NCBI GenBank assembly: GCA_964601275.1
Contig: CAZRMV010000010.1
Location: 2,802 to 66,801 of the forward strand
Direction of reading: 5' to 3'
Origin: an uncultured bacterium
GTDB lineage: Bacteria > Krumholzibacteriota > Krumholzibacteriia > JAJRXK01
Length of the DNA: 64,000 nt
Shown here: piece after piece, positions 34,001 to 42,389 of the stretch
How positions within the stretch are numbered: the stretch's first letter is position 1
How the letters are laid out: the number at the start of each line of letters is the position of its first letter
Position numbers and translations under genes: made by a program
The notes under the pieces: generated by a model
Database searches by the model: none
What the model was told of the DNA's origin: nothing
Seen by the model: only the letters and a program-made list of their open reading frames with translations

Positions 34001-34016
34001 GCGGTCGATCTTCCGG

Positions 34017-34883
34017 TCAGGACGAATCGGCGTCGAGGGTGTCGTAGCCCAGCTCGACCATCCAGGGGCGCCGTTTCACCTGGTGGTAGAAGGCGCGCAG
34101 ATCCTTGTCGCCCAGGAAGCGATGGCGCCCCTGGGGCTTGACCAGGGCCTGGGCGCGTTCGATGCCTTCCTCCGCGCCAGTGAGTTCCAGGAAGCGCGCG
34201 ATCTCCCGCAGTTTCTCCCGCGGCGACTCCAGGAGATCCTCGTAGCTCAGCACCAGTTCCTCGATCGGATGGAGCTCGCGATTGCGCCGGTGCAGATCGA
34301 GGTATTCCTCCCAGAGCGCGAACGCCCGGGAGAGTTCGAGGCAGCGCACCGAGGAGAAGCGGTTGAGATGGGGATCGGCCAGGTACCGGGCGCGGTCGTC
34401 TCCGGTGAGCTCGAGCCGGGCGCGCCGCCACAGGCTGGCCGCCACGTCGACCCCGTTGCGGTGTACGGTGATGGCCCGCGCGCGGGGAAAGACTTCCTGC
34501 CACAAGGGCCAGGTGGCGGTGGTGCGGGGATCCTTCCAGCCCCACAAAAGCGGAGCGTCGGATGCAAAGGCGCGCAGTCGGCCGGGCCCGATGAAACGGC
34601 GGACGAAGGAAAGGCCGTTCACCCGCGTGCGCAGGTGGTCGACCAACGGCATCCGGCAGCGGGGATCTTCCATGAGCCAGAGAAGCGGCAGAGGATGGTC
34701 CCAGGCTCCGTGGGCGCGGGCCAGGAGCCAGTCGTTCGCGTCGAGGATGAACACCGATTCGTGGTGCTCCTCGAGGTTGCGTCCGAGGTGCATGCCCATC
34801 TCCCGCAGCATGGCCGCGAGCAGGGTGGTGCCCGAGCGGTGCATACCCAGGAGAAGCACCGGGTCGTCACGTTGCAGCATCAT
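34017..34883 (-). CDS. Sulfotransferase family protein (PAPS-dependent)
   Basis: 5'-PSB loop LLLGMHRSGTTLL near the N-terminus and a 3'-PB-like region (WKDPR…). Convergent with the PAPS synthase gene, 16 bp apart. Confidence 0.75.
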   Translation of the reverse strand: MMLQRDDPVLLLGMHRSGTTLLAAMLREMGMHLGRNLEEHHESVFILDANDWLLARAHGAWDHPLPLLWLMEDPRCRMPLVDHLRTRVNGLSFVRRFIGPGRLRAFASDAPLLWGWKDPRTTATWPLWQEVFPRARAITVHRNGVDVAASLWRRARLELTGDDRARYLADPHLNRFSSVRCLELSRAFALWEEYLDLHRRNRELHPIEELVLSYEDLLESPREKLREIARFLELTGAEEGIERAQALVKPQGRHRFLGDKDLRAFYHQVKRRPWMVELGYDTLDADSS

Positions 34884-34920
34884 CTCTCCCGATTCTGGTT
34901 CCCGCCCGCGCGGCCGGCTT

Positions 34921-35469
34921 CTAGTGGCCCCGGATGCGTTCCTGCACGGATTCTCCCGTCTGGAGGTCGTATCCGTAGAGTTCGACGTAGGCCACCTTCG
35001 GTATCTTCTTGTTGTCGGCCAGTTGTACGAAGACCCGGTCGAGGACGGCGCTGGTCCCCGCGATGCGGGTGAGGGCGGTCCATCGCCCGTCGATGCGGGT
35101 CACCTTCACATTGCGCCGGATATCCACCGCCATGTCCAGTAGAACCGAACCGTCGCCCAGTTTGCGCACCTTGAAGCCGTAGGCCAGCTTTCGTTCCATG
35201 TAGCTCAGACTGCGGCGCCGCCCGTCCTCGGCCTTGCGGATCCAGTAGCCGATGACCGGTTTGTGCTCGTCGAGCGAACCGTCGGGCTTCAAGACCGCAT
35301 CGTACTGCACGATGTTGGCGTTGAGGGAGCGTTCGATGTGGAAGAGCGGTTGGGTGTTCTTCGGCCAGGTCTCGGAACGCGCGTCGGTGGACGCAAGAAG
35401 CAGGATGGCCAGACCGGCTGCGGACAAGAAGTCGGAAGCGGAGCGGGGGACAGAAGCAATCCGTTTCAT
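34921..35469 (-). CDS. Hypothetical exported protein
   Basis: N-terminal signal/TM segment (AAGLAILLLAS). No confident domain assignment. Translationally overlapped by the upstream TPM gene. Confidence 0.5.
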   Translation of the reverse strand: MKRIASVPRSASDFLSAAGLAILLLASTDARSETWPKNTQPLFHIERSLNANIVQYDAVLKPDGSLDEHKPVIGYWIRKAEDGRRRSLSYMERKLAYGFKVRKLGDGSVLLDMAVDIRRNVKVTRIDGRWTALTRIAGTSAVLDRVFVQLADNKKIPKVAYVELYGYDLQTGESVQERIRGH

Positions 35470-35948
35470 GGTCCTTCTTCGGACGCGCCACCCACAGAGA
35501 TCTCGTTGGGCAGCTCATTGACGTCCTGTTCATCTCCAGCATACGGGAAAACGTCCCGGAGGCGTTGACCGATTTCATGGATCGCCGCGATCATGCCCCC
35601 GGCGAAATCCCCCTTGCGGAAGTGTGAGGAAAGCTGCTCCGCGATGGCGTCCCAGAAACCCTCATCGACCTTCTCGTGGATGCCCCGGTCCCCCAGCACC
35701 GCGAAGAGGCGGTCCTGGGTCGCCAGGTAGATGAGGACGCCGTTGCGATCGGCCGTCTGGGTCATGCCCAGGTCCTCGAACACATCCCGTCCGCGCAGGT
35801 AGGGATCGCCTCCGGGACACTTCCTCTCGAGGTGGACGCGGATCTCCCCGCTGGTCTGTTTCTCTGCCGCTTCGATGGCGGCGACGATGGCTTTCGATTC
35901 TTCCGGAGTGAAGAATCTCGCGGGATCCTTGCTGCGGGATGCGCTCAT
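35466..35948 (-). CDS. TPM (TLP18.3/Psb32/MOLO-1) domain protein, soluble
   Basis: ATG 35948. Typical TPM phosphatase-domain sequence (FFTPEESKAIVAAIEAAEKQTSGEIRVHLER…GVLIYLA…). The longer ORF-track entry carries an Arg-rich spurious N-terminus. Confidence 0.7.
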   Translation of the reverse strand: MSASRSKDPARFFTPEESKAIVAAIEAAEKQTSGEIRVHLERKCPGGDPYLRGRDVFEDLGMTQTADRNGVLIYLATQDRLFAVLGDRGIHEKVDEGFWDAIAEQLSSHFRKGDFAGGMIAAIHEIGQRLRDVFPYAGDEQDVNELPNEISVGGASEEGP

Positions 35949-36046
35949 TCCATGACCACCTGGTTGGGCGGGTCGGTCCATTCTGCCGCCGCATCTCTTC
36001 TCTTCGGCCCATCCGGCGCGCGCGACGGCGGACCGGGGAGTCTCTC

Positions 36047-36796
36047 CTACCAGCCGCCGCTGGCGCCGCCTCCCCCGAAGCCGCCGCCTCCGCCGACGAA
36101 ACCTCCGCCGCCGAAGCCGCCGCCTCCGCCGTGTCCTCCTCCGAAACCTCCACCCCAATAGATCAAGGGACCGCCCCGGCCGTGACGTCCGCCGCGGCCG
36201 AAGAGCTTGATGAGGAAGAGGATGAGGAAGAACCACACCCACGCCGGCATGTCCTTCTTCTTCTTGCGATCGCCGAGGGCCCGGCCGCTTCCCTGGTACT
36301 CTCCCTGGCTGGCCGCGATGAGCGCCTGGACCCCGGCCCGGATTCCACCGAAGCGATCACCGCGCCGCAGCCGGGGAGTGATCTCCTCCTGGATGATGGT
36401 GTGGGCGATGAGATCGGTGATCGCCCCCTCGAGTCCGTAGCCCACCTCGATGCGGACCTTGCGTTCCTTCACGAAGATGGCCAGCAAGACCCCGTTGTCC
36501 CGGTCCTTGCGGCCCATGCCCCATTTCTCGGCCACCCGGTGGGTGAAGTCGGCCAGCTCCTCGCCTTCCAGGGAGGGGAAGACCGCCACCACGAACTGGT
36601 TGCTGGTACTACGTTCGAACTGGAGCAGCGTGTCCTCGAGTTGCCGCTTCTGTGCGGCATCGAGCCAGCGCGCCCCGTCATGGACATAGCGCGGCGGGGG
36701 GGGAGGTATCTCCAGGGCGCCGGCAACTGCGGCGTCCAAGAGCAGCGTTGCACCGAGCAGGACGAGCAAGGCAGGGAAACGGTGGGAGCGTTTCAT
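36047..36796 (-). CDS. TPM domain protein with C-terminal TM helix and Gly-rich tail (YgcG-like)
   Basis: Signal peptide. TPM core (VHDGARWLDAAQKRQLEDTLLQFERSTSNQFVVAVFPSL…). TM helix WVWFFLILFLIKLF followed by a GGGFGGGHGGGGGFGGGG tail. Confidence 0.7.
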   Translation of the reverse strand: MKRSHRFPALLVLLGATLLLDAAVAGALEIPPPPPRYVHDGARWLDAAQKRQLEDTLLQFERSTSNQFVVAVFPSLEGEELADFTHRVAEKWGMGRKDRDNGVLLAIFVKERKVRIEVGYGLEGAITDLIAHTIIQEEITPRLRRGDRFGGIRAGVQALIAASQGEYQGSGRALGDRKKKKDMPAWVWFFLILFLIKLFGRGGRHGRGGPLIYWGGGFGGGHGGGGGFGGGGFVGGGGGFGGGGASGGW

Positions 36797-37392
36797 CCCT
36801 CGAAGTTCACCTTGGGCGCCTTCTCGGCTCCCTCATCGGCCTGGAAATACTGCTTCCGCGAGAACCCCGCCAGGTTGGCCACGATGTTGGCCGGGAAACG
36901 GCGGATCCTCGTGTTGAAGGCGCGTGCCGCCTCGTTGTAATGCCGCCGCTCGACCGCGATGCGGTTCTCCGTTCCTTCCAACTGGCTCTGCAACGCCAGG
37001 TAGTTCTTGTTCGCCTTGATGTCGGGATAACGCTCGACGGTCACCAGCAGCCGCGAGAGCGCTCCACTCAGCGCGCCTTGGGCCTGCTGGAACTTCTGGA
37101 AGGCCTTGGGATCGTTGACGACGTCGCTGCCGATGGTGGCCTGCACCTGGGTGGCCTTGGCCCGGGCCTCGATCACCGCGGTGAGGGTTTCCTTCTCGAA
37201 GTTGGCGGCACCCTTCACCGTCTCGACCAGGTTCGGAATGAGATCGGCGCGTCGTTGATAGACGTTTTCCACCTGGGCCCACGCTGTTTCCACTTGTTCC
37301 TCGAGACTGACCATCGAGTTGTAGGTGGAGCACGACGAGATCCCCAAGAGGATCACGATCAGAACCAGGATGAGAGGAAGTGCTTTCTTCAT
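36793..37392 (-). CDS. lemA: LemA family protein
   Basis: ATG 37392. N-terminal TM/lipobox-like segment, then conserved LemA sequence (YNSMVSLEEQVETAWAQVENVYQRRADLIPNLV…RFPANIVA). Overlaps the downstream TPM gene by 4 nt. Confidence 0.85.
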   Translation of the reverse strand: MKKALPLILVLIVILLGISSCSTYNSMVSLEEQVETAWAQVENVYQRRADLIPNLVETVKGAANFEKETLTAVIEARAKATQVQATIGSDVVNDPKAFQKFQQAQGALSGALSRLLVTVERYPDIKANKNYLALQSQLEGTENRIAVERRHYNEAARAFNTRIRRFPANIVANLAGFSRKQYFQADEGAEKAPKVNFEG

Positions 37393-37462
37393 GACGGCAT
37401 GGCTCCTGGAGCAGAAGGGAGGCGCGTACATCCGGAGGGCTTGGGTGTGGTATACTTTGGGC

Positions 37463-38614
37463 ATGAATGCTCGACTCGGCAAGACTCTTCTGGGAAGCGC
37501 GGTGCTGGCGCTTCTGCTGTTCCTCTTCGGATTGCGCGATCCTTTCCTGCCCCGCGTGTTCACGTCGGGGGCGACGACGGTGGATCCCACCGCGCCGGTC
37601 TTCGCGGTGATGGAGGACTCCCTGGGCCGCATGAGCGGCCGTCTCGAGTCGATCGAATCGGAGAACCGGCAGCTCAGGGATCGATTGGAGCAATTGACCC
37701 GTCTGAGCGACCAGTTGCGCAAGCGGCTGGACGAGGTCGCGGCGCTTCCCCGCCTGCGGCCGCTCCAGGACTATCCGTTCCCCGATTCGGTCACCTTCTG
37801 CGGAGAAACGGTTTCCCTGGACGACCCCATCGCCCGGGAACGCTTCGAGGCCGAGTTCAACCGTTTCCTGGTGAACCGCCACTGGCTGATCACGTGGATG
37901 CGCCGCAGCCGGGAGACCTTTCCCTGGATCGAGCAGAGGCTGGCCGACGAGAAGATGCCCGACGATCTCAAGTACGTCGCGGTCATCGAGAGTGCCCTGG
38001 ACCCCCGCGCCACCAGTCCGAAAGGAGCGGCCGGTTACTGGCAGTTCACCCGGGATACCGGTCGCCGCTTCGGCCTGCGACGCACCCGGACGGTGGATGA
38101 GAGACGGGATCTGCACGAGGCGACCGACGCCGCGCTGCGCTACATGAAAGAGCTCCACGACGAGTTCGGATCGTGGGCGCTCGTGTTGGCCGCGTACAAT
38201 TCCGGAGAGCGGCGTGTTCGTGAAGCGATCGAGGAGCAGGGACAGGAGGACTTCCACGACCTGTACCTTCCCCGGGAGACCGAGGCCTATTGGTACAAGG
38301 CAGCGGCGGTGAAACTGTTCTTCGAACACCCCGGCGAGTACGATATCGTTCCGCCCAAGGACGATGGGGCGCCGGCGATCTGCGACACCCTCGTGCTCAA
38401 GCTCGATCGGAACACCCCGATCCGCGAGATCCTCGGCGACAGCGGCCTGAGCTACCGGGTGTTCAAGCGCTACAATCCCGCGTACCGCCGCACGCAATTG
38501 ACCGCCGGCACCTACCGCCTGGTCCTGCCCCGGCCCTGCTCGGAACGCATCGCCGACAAGTACCGGCGATCGGGAACGCTCGCCTTGGCCGGGAGCACCA
38601 CTCCTTCGCGCTGA
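37463..38614 (+). CDS. Lytic transglycosylase (SLT domain) protein
   Basis: ATG 37463 preceded by a TATACT -10-like box. TM/signal segment. SLT catalytic region (ESALDPRATSPKGAAGYWQFTRDTGRRFGL…AAYNSGERRV) with catalytic Glu in the ES motif. Confidence 0.7.
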   Translation: MNARLGKTLLGSAVLALLLFLFGLRDPFLPRVFTSGATTVDPTAPVFAVMEDSLGRMSGRLESIESENRQLRDRLEQLTRLSDQLRKRLDEVAALPRLRPLQDYPFPDSVTFCGETVSLDDPIARERFEAEFNRFLVNRHWLITWMRRSRETFPWIEQRLADEKMPDDLKYVAVIESALDPRATSPKGAAGYWQFTRDTGRRFGLRRTRTVDERRDLHEATDAALRYMKELHDEFGSWALVLAAYNSGERRVREAIEEQGQEDFHDLYLPRETEAYWYKAAAVKLFFEHPGEYDIVPPKDDGAPAICDTLVLKLDRNTPIREILGDSGLSYRVFKRYNPAYRRTQLTAGTYRLVLPRPCSERIADKYRRSGTLALAGSTTPSR

Positions 38615-38644
38615 TGCCTTGCCACGTGCGGCAGTCGGAGGCGC

Positions 38645-40663
38645 TCACTCCCGCCCGGACCACACCGCCCGTGCGGTGAAGGTGTCTCCCACCTGGATCG
38701 CATCGACCACGTCCATGCCCTCCACCACTTTCCCGAAGAGGGTGTAGCGGGCGTCCAGGTGGGGTTGGGGCGAGTGGGTGATGAAGAGCTGGCAACTGCC
38801 GGTGTCCTTCCCGTTGGTCGCCACCCCCACCGATCCCCGCGCAAAGCGCAGGGGACTCCACTCGCTGCGGAGCAGGTATCCCGCGTCCCCCCAGCCCGAG
38901 CCCAGGGGATCGCCCCCCTGGATCACGAAGTCGGGAACCACCCGGTGGAAATCGAGACCGTCGAAGAACCCCTGATCGGCCAGTCGGGCGAAGCTCTCGC
39001 AGGTCTGCGGGGCGATGTCGTAGAAGAGGTCGATGACGATGCGCCCGCGGGCGGTTTCCAGGATGAGTTCGCGGGCGGCACTGCTCGCCACCACCGGCGG
39101 CTGCCGCGGGGAGCGATGGACCGGCCGGACGTCCAGCTCGATCGAGGGCACGCTGGGGAGCCGGGCCGCTTCCTCCTCGGGCAGGATCGCCTCGAGGGCG
39201 TTGCGCGCCGCGATACGGACCCGCCGGTCGTCGAAGCTGAGGGCGTTCTCCAGGAGTTCCCGCGCCGAGACCGCGTGCAGGCGGCCCAGAGCGGTGAGCG
39301 CGGCCTCCATGAGGTCGACGCCATCGCGCGCCTTCCACTTCCGGTAGGCCCGGATCAACGGTCCCACCGCGGCGGAATCGCCCAGGCGGCCCAGACCTTC
39401 CGCCGCGGTGGCCGCCACCACCAGGTCGTCGTCCTCCACCGCCGAACGCAAAAGGCGCAGCGCGGAGGCTCCGCCGAGTTCGATGAGGCCTTCCACCGCG
39501 TAGGGACGCAACTGGATGTCCTCGCGCGAGACCAGGGCCAGACGCAGGCGCTCGAGCGCCCCGTCCGCGTGCACCGATCCCAGGAGTTCCAGGCATTTCC
39601 CCCGCACGAAGGCCGAGGGGTCCTCCAGCCCTTCGACCAGGAAGGCCGCGGCCTCCTTTCCCCGGGAGGCGGCCAGGGCGTCATAGGCGGCATGGCGGAC
39701 CACGGCGCAGGTGTCGGCCAAGGCGGTCACCAGGGGGGCGTCGTCCTCCAGTGGGACCAGGCGGGCCAGGGCGTCGAGCGCGGCGGCGCGCACGTGGAAA
39801 CTCGCGTCGGAAAGGAGTTGGAGCAGGTCACGCCGGGCCGAGGTGGCTCCCAATTGCCCCAGGCTCCGCGCCGCCTGGACCCGGACGGTCCATTCGGTCT
39901 CCTGCAGCCGGGCGCGGAGCGCCTCGATCCCCCGGCGACCCAAAGGTGGTCCCATGCGTCCCAGGCCGCGGGCCGCGAAGGCGCGGACGGTGGGGTCGGA
40001 ATGGCCCAGGAGTTCGACCAGGCGGTCGGCGGCCCGGGGGTCCTCGATCTTCTCCAGGGCGTAGGCCGCCCGCCAGGCGACGGAGGGGATCGGATCGCGG
40101 CTGGCCTGGATGATGGCGTCCACCGCGGTGGAATCGGCCAGCAGCGCGAGGGCTTCCAGGGCCTGCTCGCGGACGAAGGGATGGGGGTGGCCCAACGCGC
40201 GGACGATCTCCTCGGCGGTGCCCGGTTGCCGCACCCGCCCGAGCGCGAGGACGATCTCCCCGAGCACTTCGGGCGAACCCTTCCGCCCGGCCGAGCCGAG
40301 CAGGTTCACTTCCCGCGACGCCCCCTGCAGCAGGGCGACCGCCGACGCGGAGGTCGGGATGAGCCCGAGCGCGAAGGCCGCGGCCTGTCGGACCTCGGGC
40401 CGACGATCTTCCTTCAGGCGTTCGCCCAGGGGGCCGACCGCCTCGGGCCGGCCGATCCGTCCCAGGGCGATCGCGGCGGCCCGGCGCACCCGGTAGGGGC
40501 CGCTTCGAAGCAGGATGTACAGGCTGTCTCCGGGAATGATCCGGGCATCCTCCCAGCGGTGGATGTCCAGCAGGCGGGCGGGGATGTCGGTGCGGCTGCA
40601 GGAGGAGAGGGCGGCCACCGCCAGGGCGGCCAGCACCACGAGAGGAGCGCGAGCGCTTTGCAT
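38645..40663 (-). CDS. Lipoprotein with HEAT (PBS-lyase-type) repeats fused to a C-terminal cyclophilin-type peptidyl-prolyl isomerase
   Basis: Lipobox LSSC after the signal peptide. At least 10 HEAT-like repeats (…VRQAAAFALGLI…, …VRAFAARGLGRMG…). C-terminal cyclophilin motifs (FHRVVPDFVIQGGDP; GSVGVATNGKDTGSCQLFIT). Confidence 0.75.
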   Translation of the reverse strand: MQSARAPLVVLAALAVAALSSCSRTDIPARLLDIHRWEDARIIPGDSLYILLRSGPYRVRRAAAIALGRIGRPEAVGPLGERLKEDRRPEVRQAAAFALGLIPTSASAVALLQGASREVNLLGSAGRKGSPEVLGEIVLALGRVRQPGTAEEIVRALGHPHPFVREQALEALALLADSTAVDAIIQASRDPIPSVAWRAAYALEKIEDPRAADRLVELLGHSDPTVRAFAARGLGRMGPPLGRRGIEALRARLQETEWTVRVQAARSLGQLGATSARRDLLQLLSDASFHVRAAALDALARLVPLEDDAPLVTALADTCAVVRHAAYDALAASRGKEAAAFLVEGLEDPSAFVRGKCLELLGSVHADGALERLRLALVSREDIQLRPYAVEGLIELGGASALRLLRSAVEDDDLVVAATAAEGLGRLGDSAAVGPLIRAYRKWKARDGVDLMEAALTALGRLHAVSARELLENALSFDDRRVRIAARNALEAILPEEEAARLPSVPSIELDVRPVHRSPRQPPVVASSAARELILETARGRIVIDLFYDIAPQTCESFARLADQGFFDGLDFHRVVPDFVIQGGDPLGSGWGDAGYLLRSEWSPLRFARGSVGVATNGKDTGSCQLFITHSPQPHLDARYTLFGKVVEGMDVVDAIQVGDTFTARAVWSGRE

Positions 40664-40805
40664 CCGGATCCTCCTTCGGGGTCTTCCGTCACAGGATGCT
40701 CCCACGACGCGGCCAGAGTAGGGGGGAGCTTCCCGCGATTCAAGGATTCACCCGGCGGGAAGAGGGGCTTGGACCGCCCCGAGGGCGGTGGTAGCCTCCA
40801 GGCCC

Positions 40806-41624
40806 ATGGTTGCGCGCCTTCCTTCCTCTTCCTCCTCGAAGCTGCCGGGGGACCTCCCGCCCGCGATCGTGCGCCTGGACCTGGCCTACGACGGGCGCGA
40901 CTTCCACGGCTGGCAGGTCCAGCCGGACCAGCGGACGGTCCAGGGCGAGCTCGTGCGCTGTCTGCGGCGCTTGATTCTCCTGCCGGGCCTTCCGCCGGGA
41001 GCGGGCCGGACCGACCGGGGAGTGCACGCGCGGGGGCAGGTGGCCAGCTTCCCCCTGGAGGATCCAGGGCAGCTCGAGCGGATTCAGCGGGCCTTGCCCC
41101 ACATGCTGCCCGAAGACATCGCGGTGCGGCGGATCCGCCTCGCGCCGCCGGGTTTCCAGGCCCGTTACAGCGCGAGGGGACGCCGGTACCGCTATTTCCT
41201 CACCCGGAGGAAGGATCCCTTCCTGCGGCATACCCACCTGTGGGTCGCCGCCCCCCTGGATCTTGCGGCCATGGAGAAGGCGCTCGATCCGTTGCTTGGA
41301 ACCCACGATTTCACCAGTTTCTGCAAGACCGCCTCGCTGGAGGAAGGCAAGACCCACTGCACCATCCACCGCGCCCGGTGGGTGGTCGAAGGGGAGTCGC
41401 TGGTCTTCGAGATCGTCGCCGACCGCTTCCTCCACTCGATGGTGCGGGTCCTGGTGGGCACCTTGCTCGAGATCGGCCGCGGCCTGCGGCCGCCCGGCGC
41501 GATCGGATCTATACTGGAGGCCCGCTCCCGGAGTGCGGCCGGTCGCACCGCGCCCCCGCACGGTCTGTGCCTCGAAGAGGTCTTCTACGACGAAGACCGG
41601 TTGGAGGAGATGCGACGGTGTTGA
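40806..41624 (+). CDS. truA: tRNA pseudouridine(38-40) synthase
   Basis: Conserved TruA motifs (LDLAYDGRDFHGWQVQP; GRTDRGVHARGQVASF). An alternative GTG start lies at 40788. Confidence 0.85.
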   Translation: MVARLPSSSSSKLPGDLPPAIVRLDLAYDGRDFHGWQVQPDQRTVQGELVRCLRRLILLPGLPPGAGRTDRGVHARGQVASFPLEDPGQLERIQRALPHMLPEDIAVRRIRLAPPGFQARYSARGRRYRYFLTRRKDPFLRHTHLWVAAPLDLAAMEKALDPLLGTHDFTSFCKTASLEEGKTHCTIHRARWVVEGESLVFEIVADRFLHSMVRVLVGTLLEIGRGLRPPGAIGSILEARSRSAAGRTAPPHGLCLEEVFYDEDRLEEMRRC

Positions 41625-41641
41625 GAGGAGGAAGGACTCCC

Positions 41642-42286
41642 ATGCAGATCTACCTGGAATCGGCCGAACCGGCCGAGGTCGAGGAGGCGCTCAGCCTGCG
41701 GGTGCTGGACGGAGTGGCGACCAATCCGACCCTTCTGGCCAAGGTGGGGGGCGATCCGCACCCGATCCTGCGTGAGCTCCTCGAGATGGTCTCCGGACCG
41801 GTCTTCGCTTCGGTCACCTCCCTGGAGGGCAAGGGGATGCTGGCCGAAGCCCATGACCTGGCCCGGCTCCATGAGCGCATCGTGGTGAAGATTCCCTGTC
41901 TGCCCGCCGGGATCACAGTGATGGCCGAACTGGCCGAACAGCGGATCGCGGTGGACGCGACCCTGTGTTTCAGCCTGCCCCAGGCCCTCCTGGCCGCGAA
42001 GGTCGGCGCGCATTTCGCGTCGCCCATGGTCGGACGGCTGGACGAAGCGGGGCAGGACGGGCTCACCCTGGTGGGAAACATCCTCACCGCCTACGATCAG
42101 TACCAGTTCAAGACCCGGGTCCTGGTGGACAGTTGCCGCACCCAGACCCACGTGGCCGAAGCGGCGCGCATGGGCGCCGATGGGGTGGTGGTGCCCATCT
42201 CCCTGTTGCGCGAGATGGCTTCGCATCCCTTGAGTTCGAAAGGCCAGTGGGAGTTCGCCGAGAGCTGGCGGCAGGGCCAGAACTAG
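41642..42286 (+). CDS. Transaldolase-family protein (fructose-6-phosphate aldolase / TalC-like)
   Basis: N-terminus MQIYLESAEPAEVEEA…GVATNPTL. Conserved Lys in VVKIP and ASPMVGRLD motifs. About 214 aa. Confidence 0.8.
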   Translation: MQIYLESAEPAEVEEALSLRVLDGVATNPTLLAKVGGDPHPILRELLEMVSGPVFASVTSLEGKGMLAEAHDLARLHERIVVKIPCLPAGITVMAELAEQRIAVDATLCFSLPQALLAAKVGAHFASPMVGRLDEAGQDGLTLVGNILTAYDQYQFKTRVLVDSCRTQTHVAEAARMGADGVVVPISLLREMASHPLSSKGQWEFAESWRQGQN

Positions 42287-42389
42287 GGAGGGTCGCCGGA
42301 GCACGAGGGCGGGCGCGTCTACGTTGGACCGGACCGGAGGAACCCGCCCGGGGGAATCCGGGTAGAAGAAAGAGCAGGCGAAACCAGCC

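Noticed and set aside
38759-42286. 1175-aa + strand ORF
   Set aside because: Mostly antisense to the HEAT/cyclophilin gene and out of frame through truA. Only the last ~214 aa (41642..42286) are a real transaldolase-family gene, which shares this frame.
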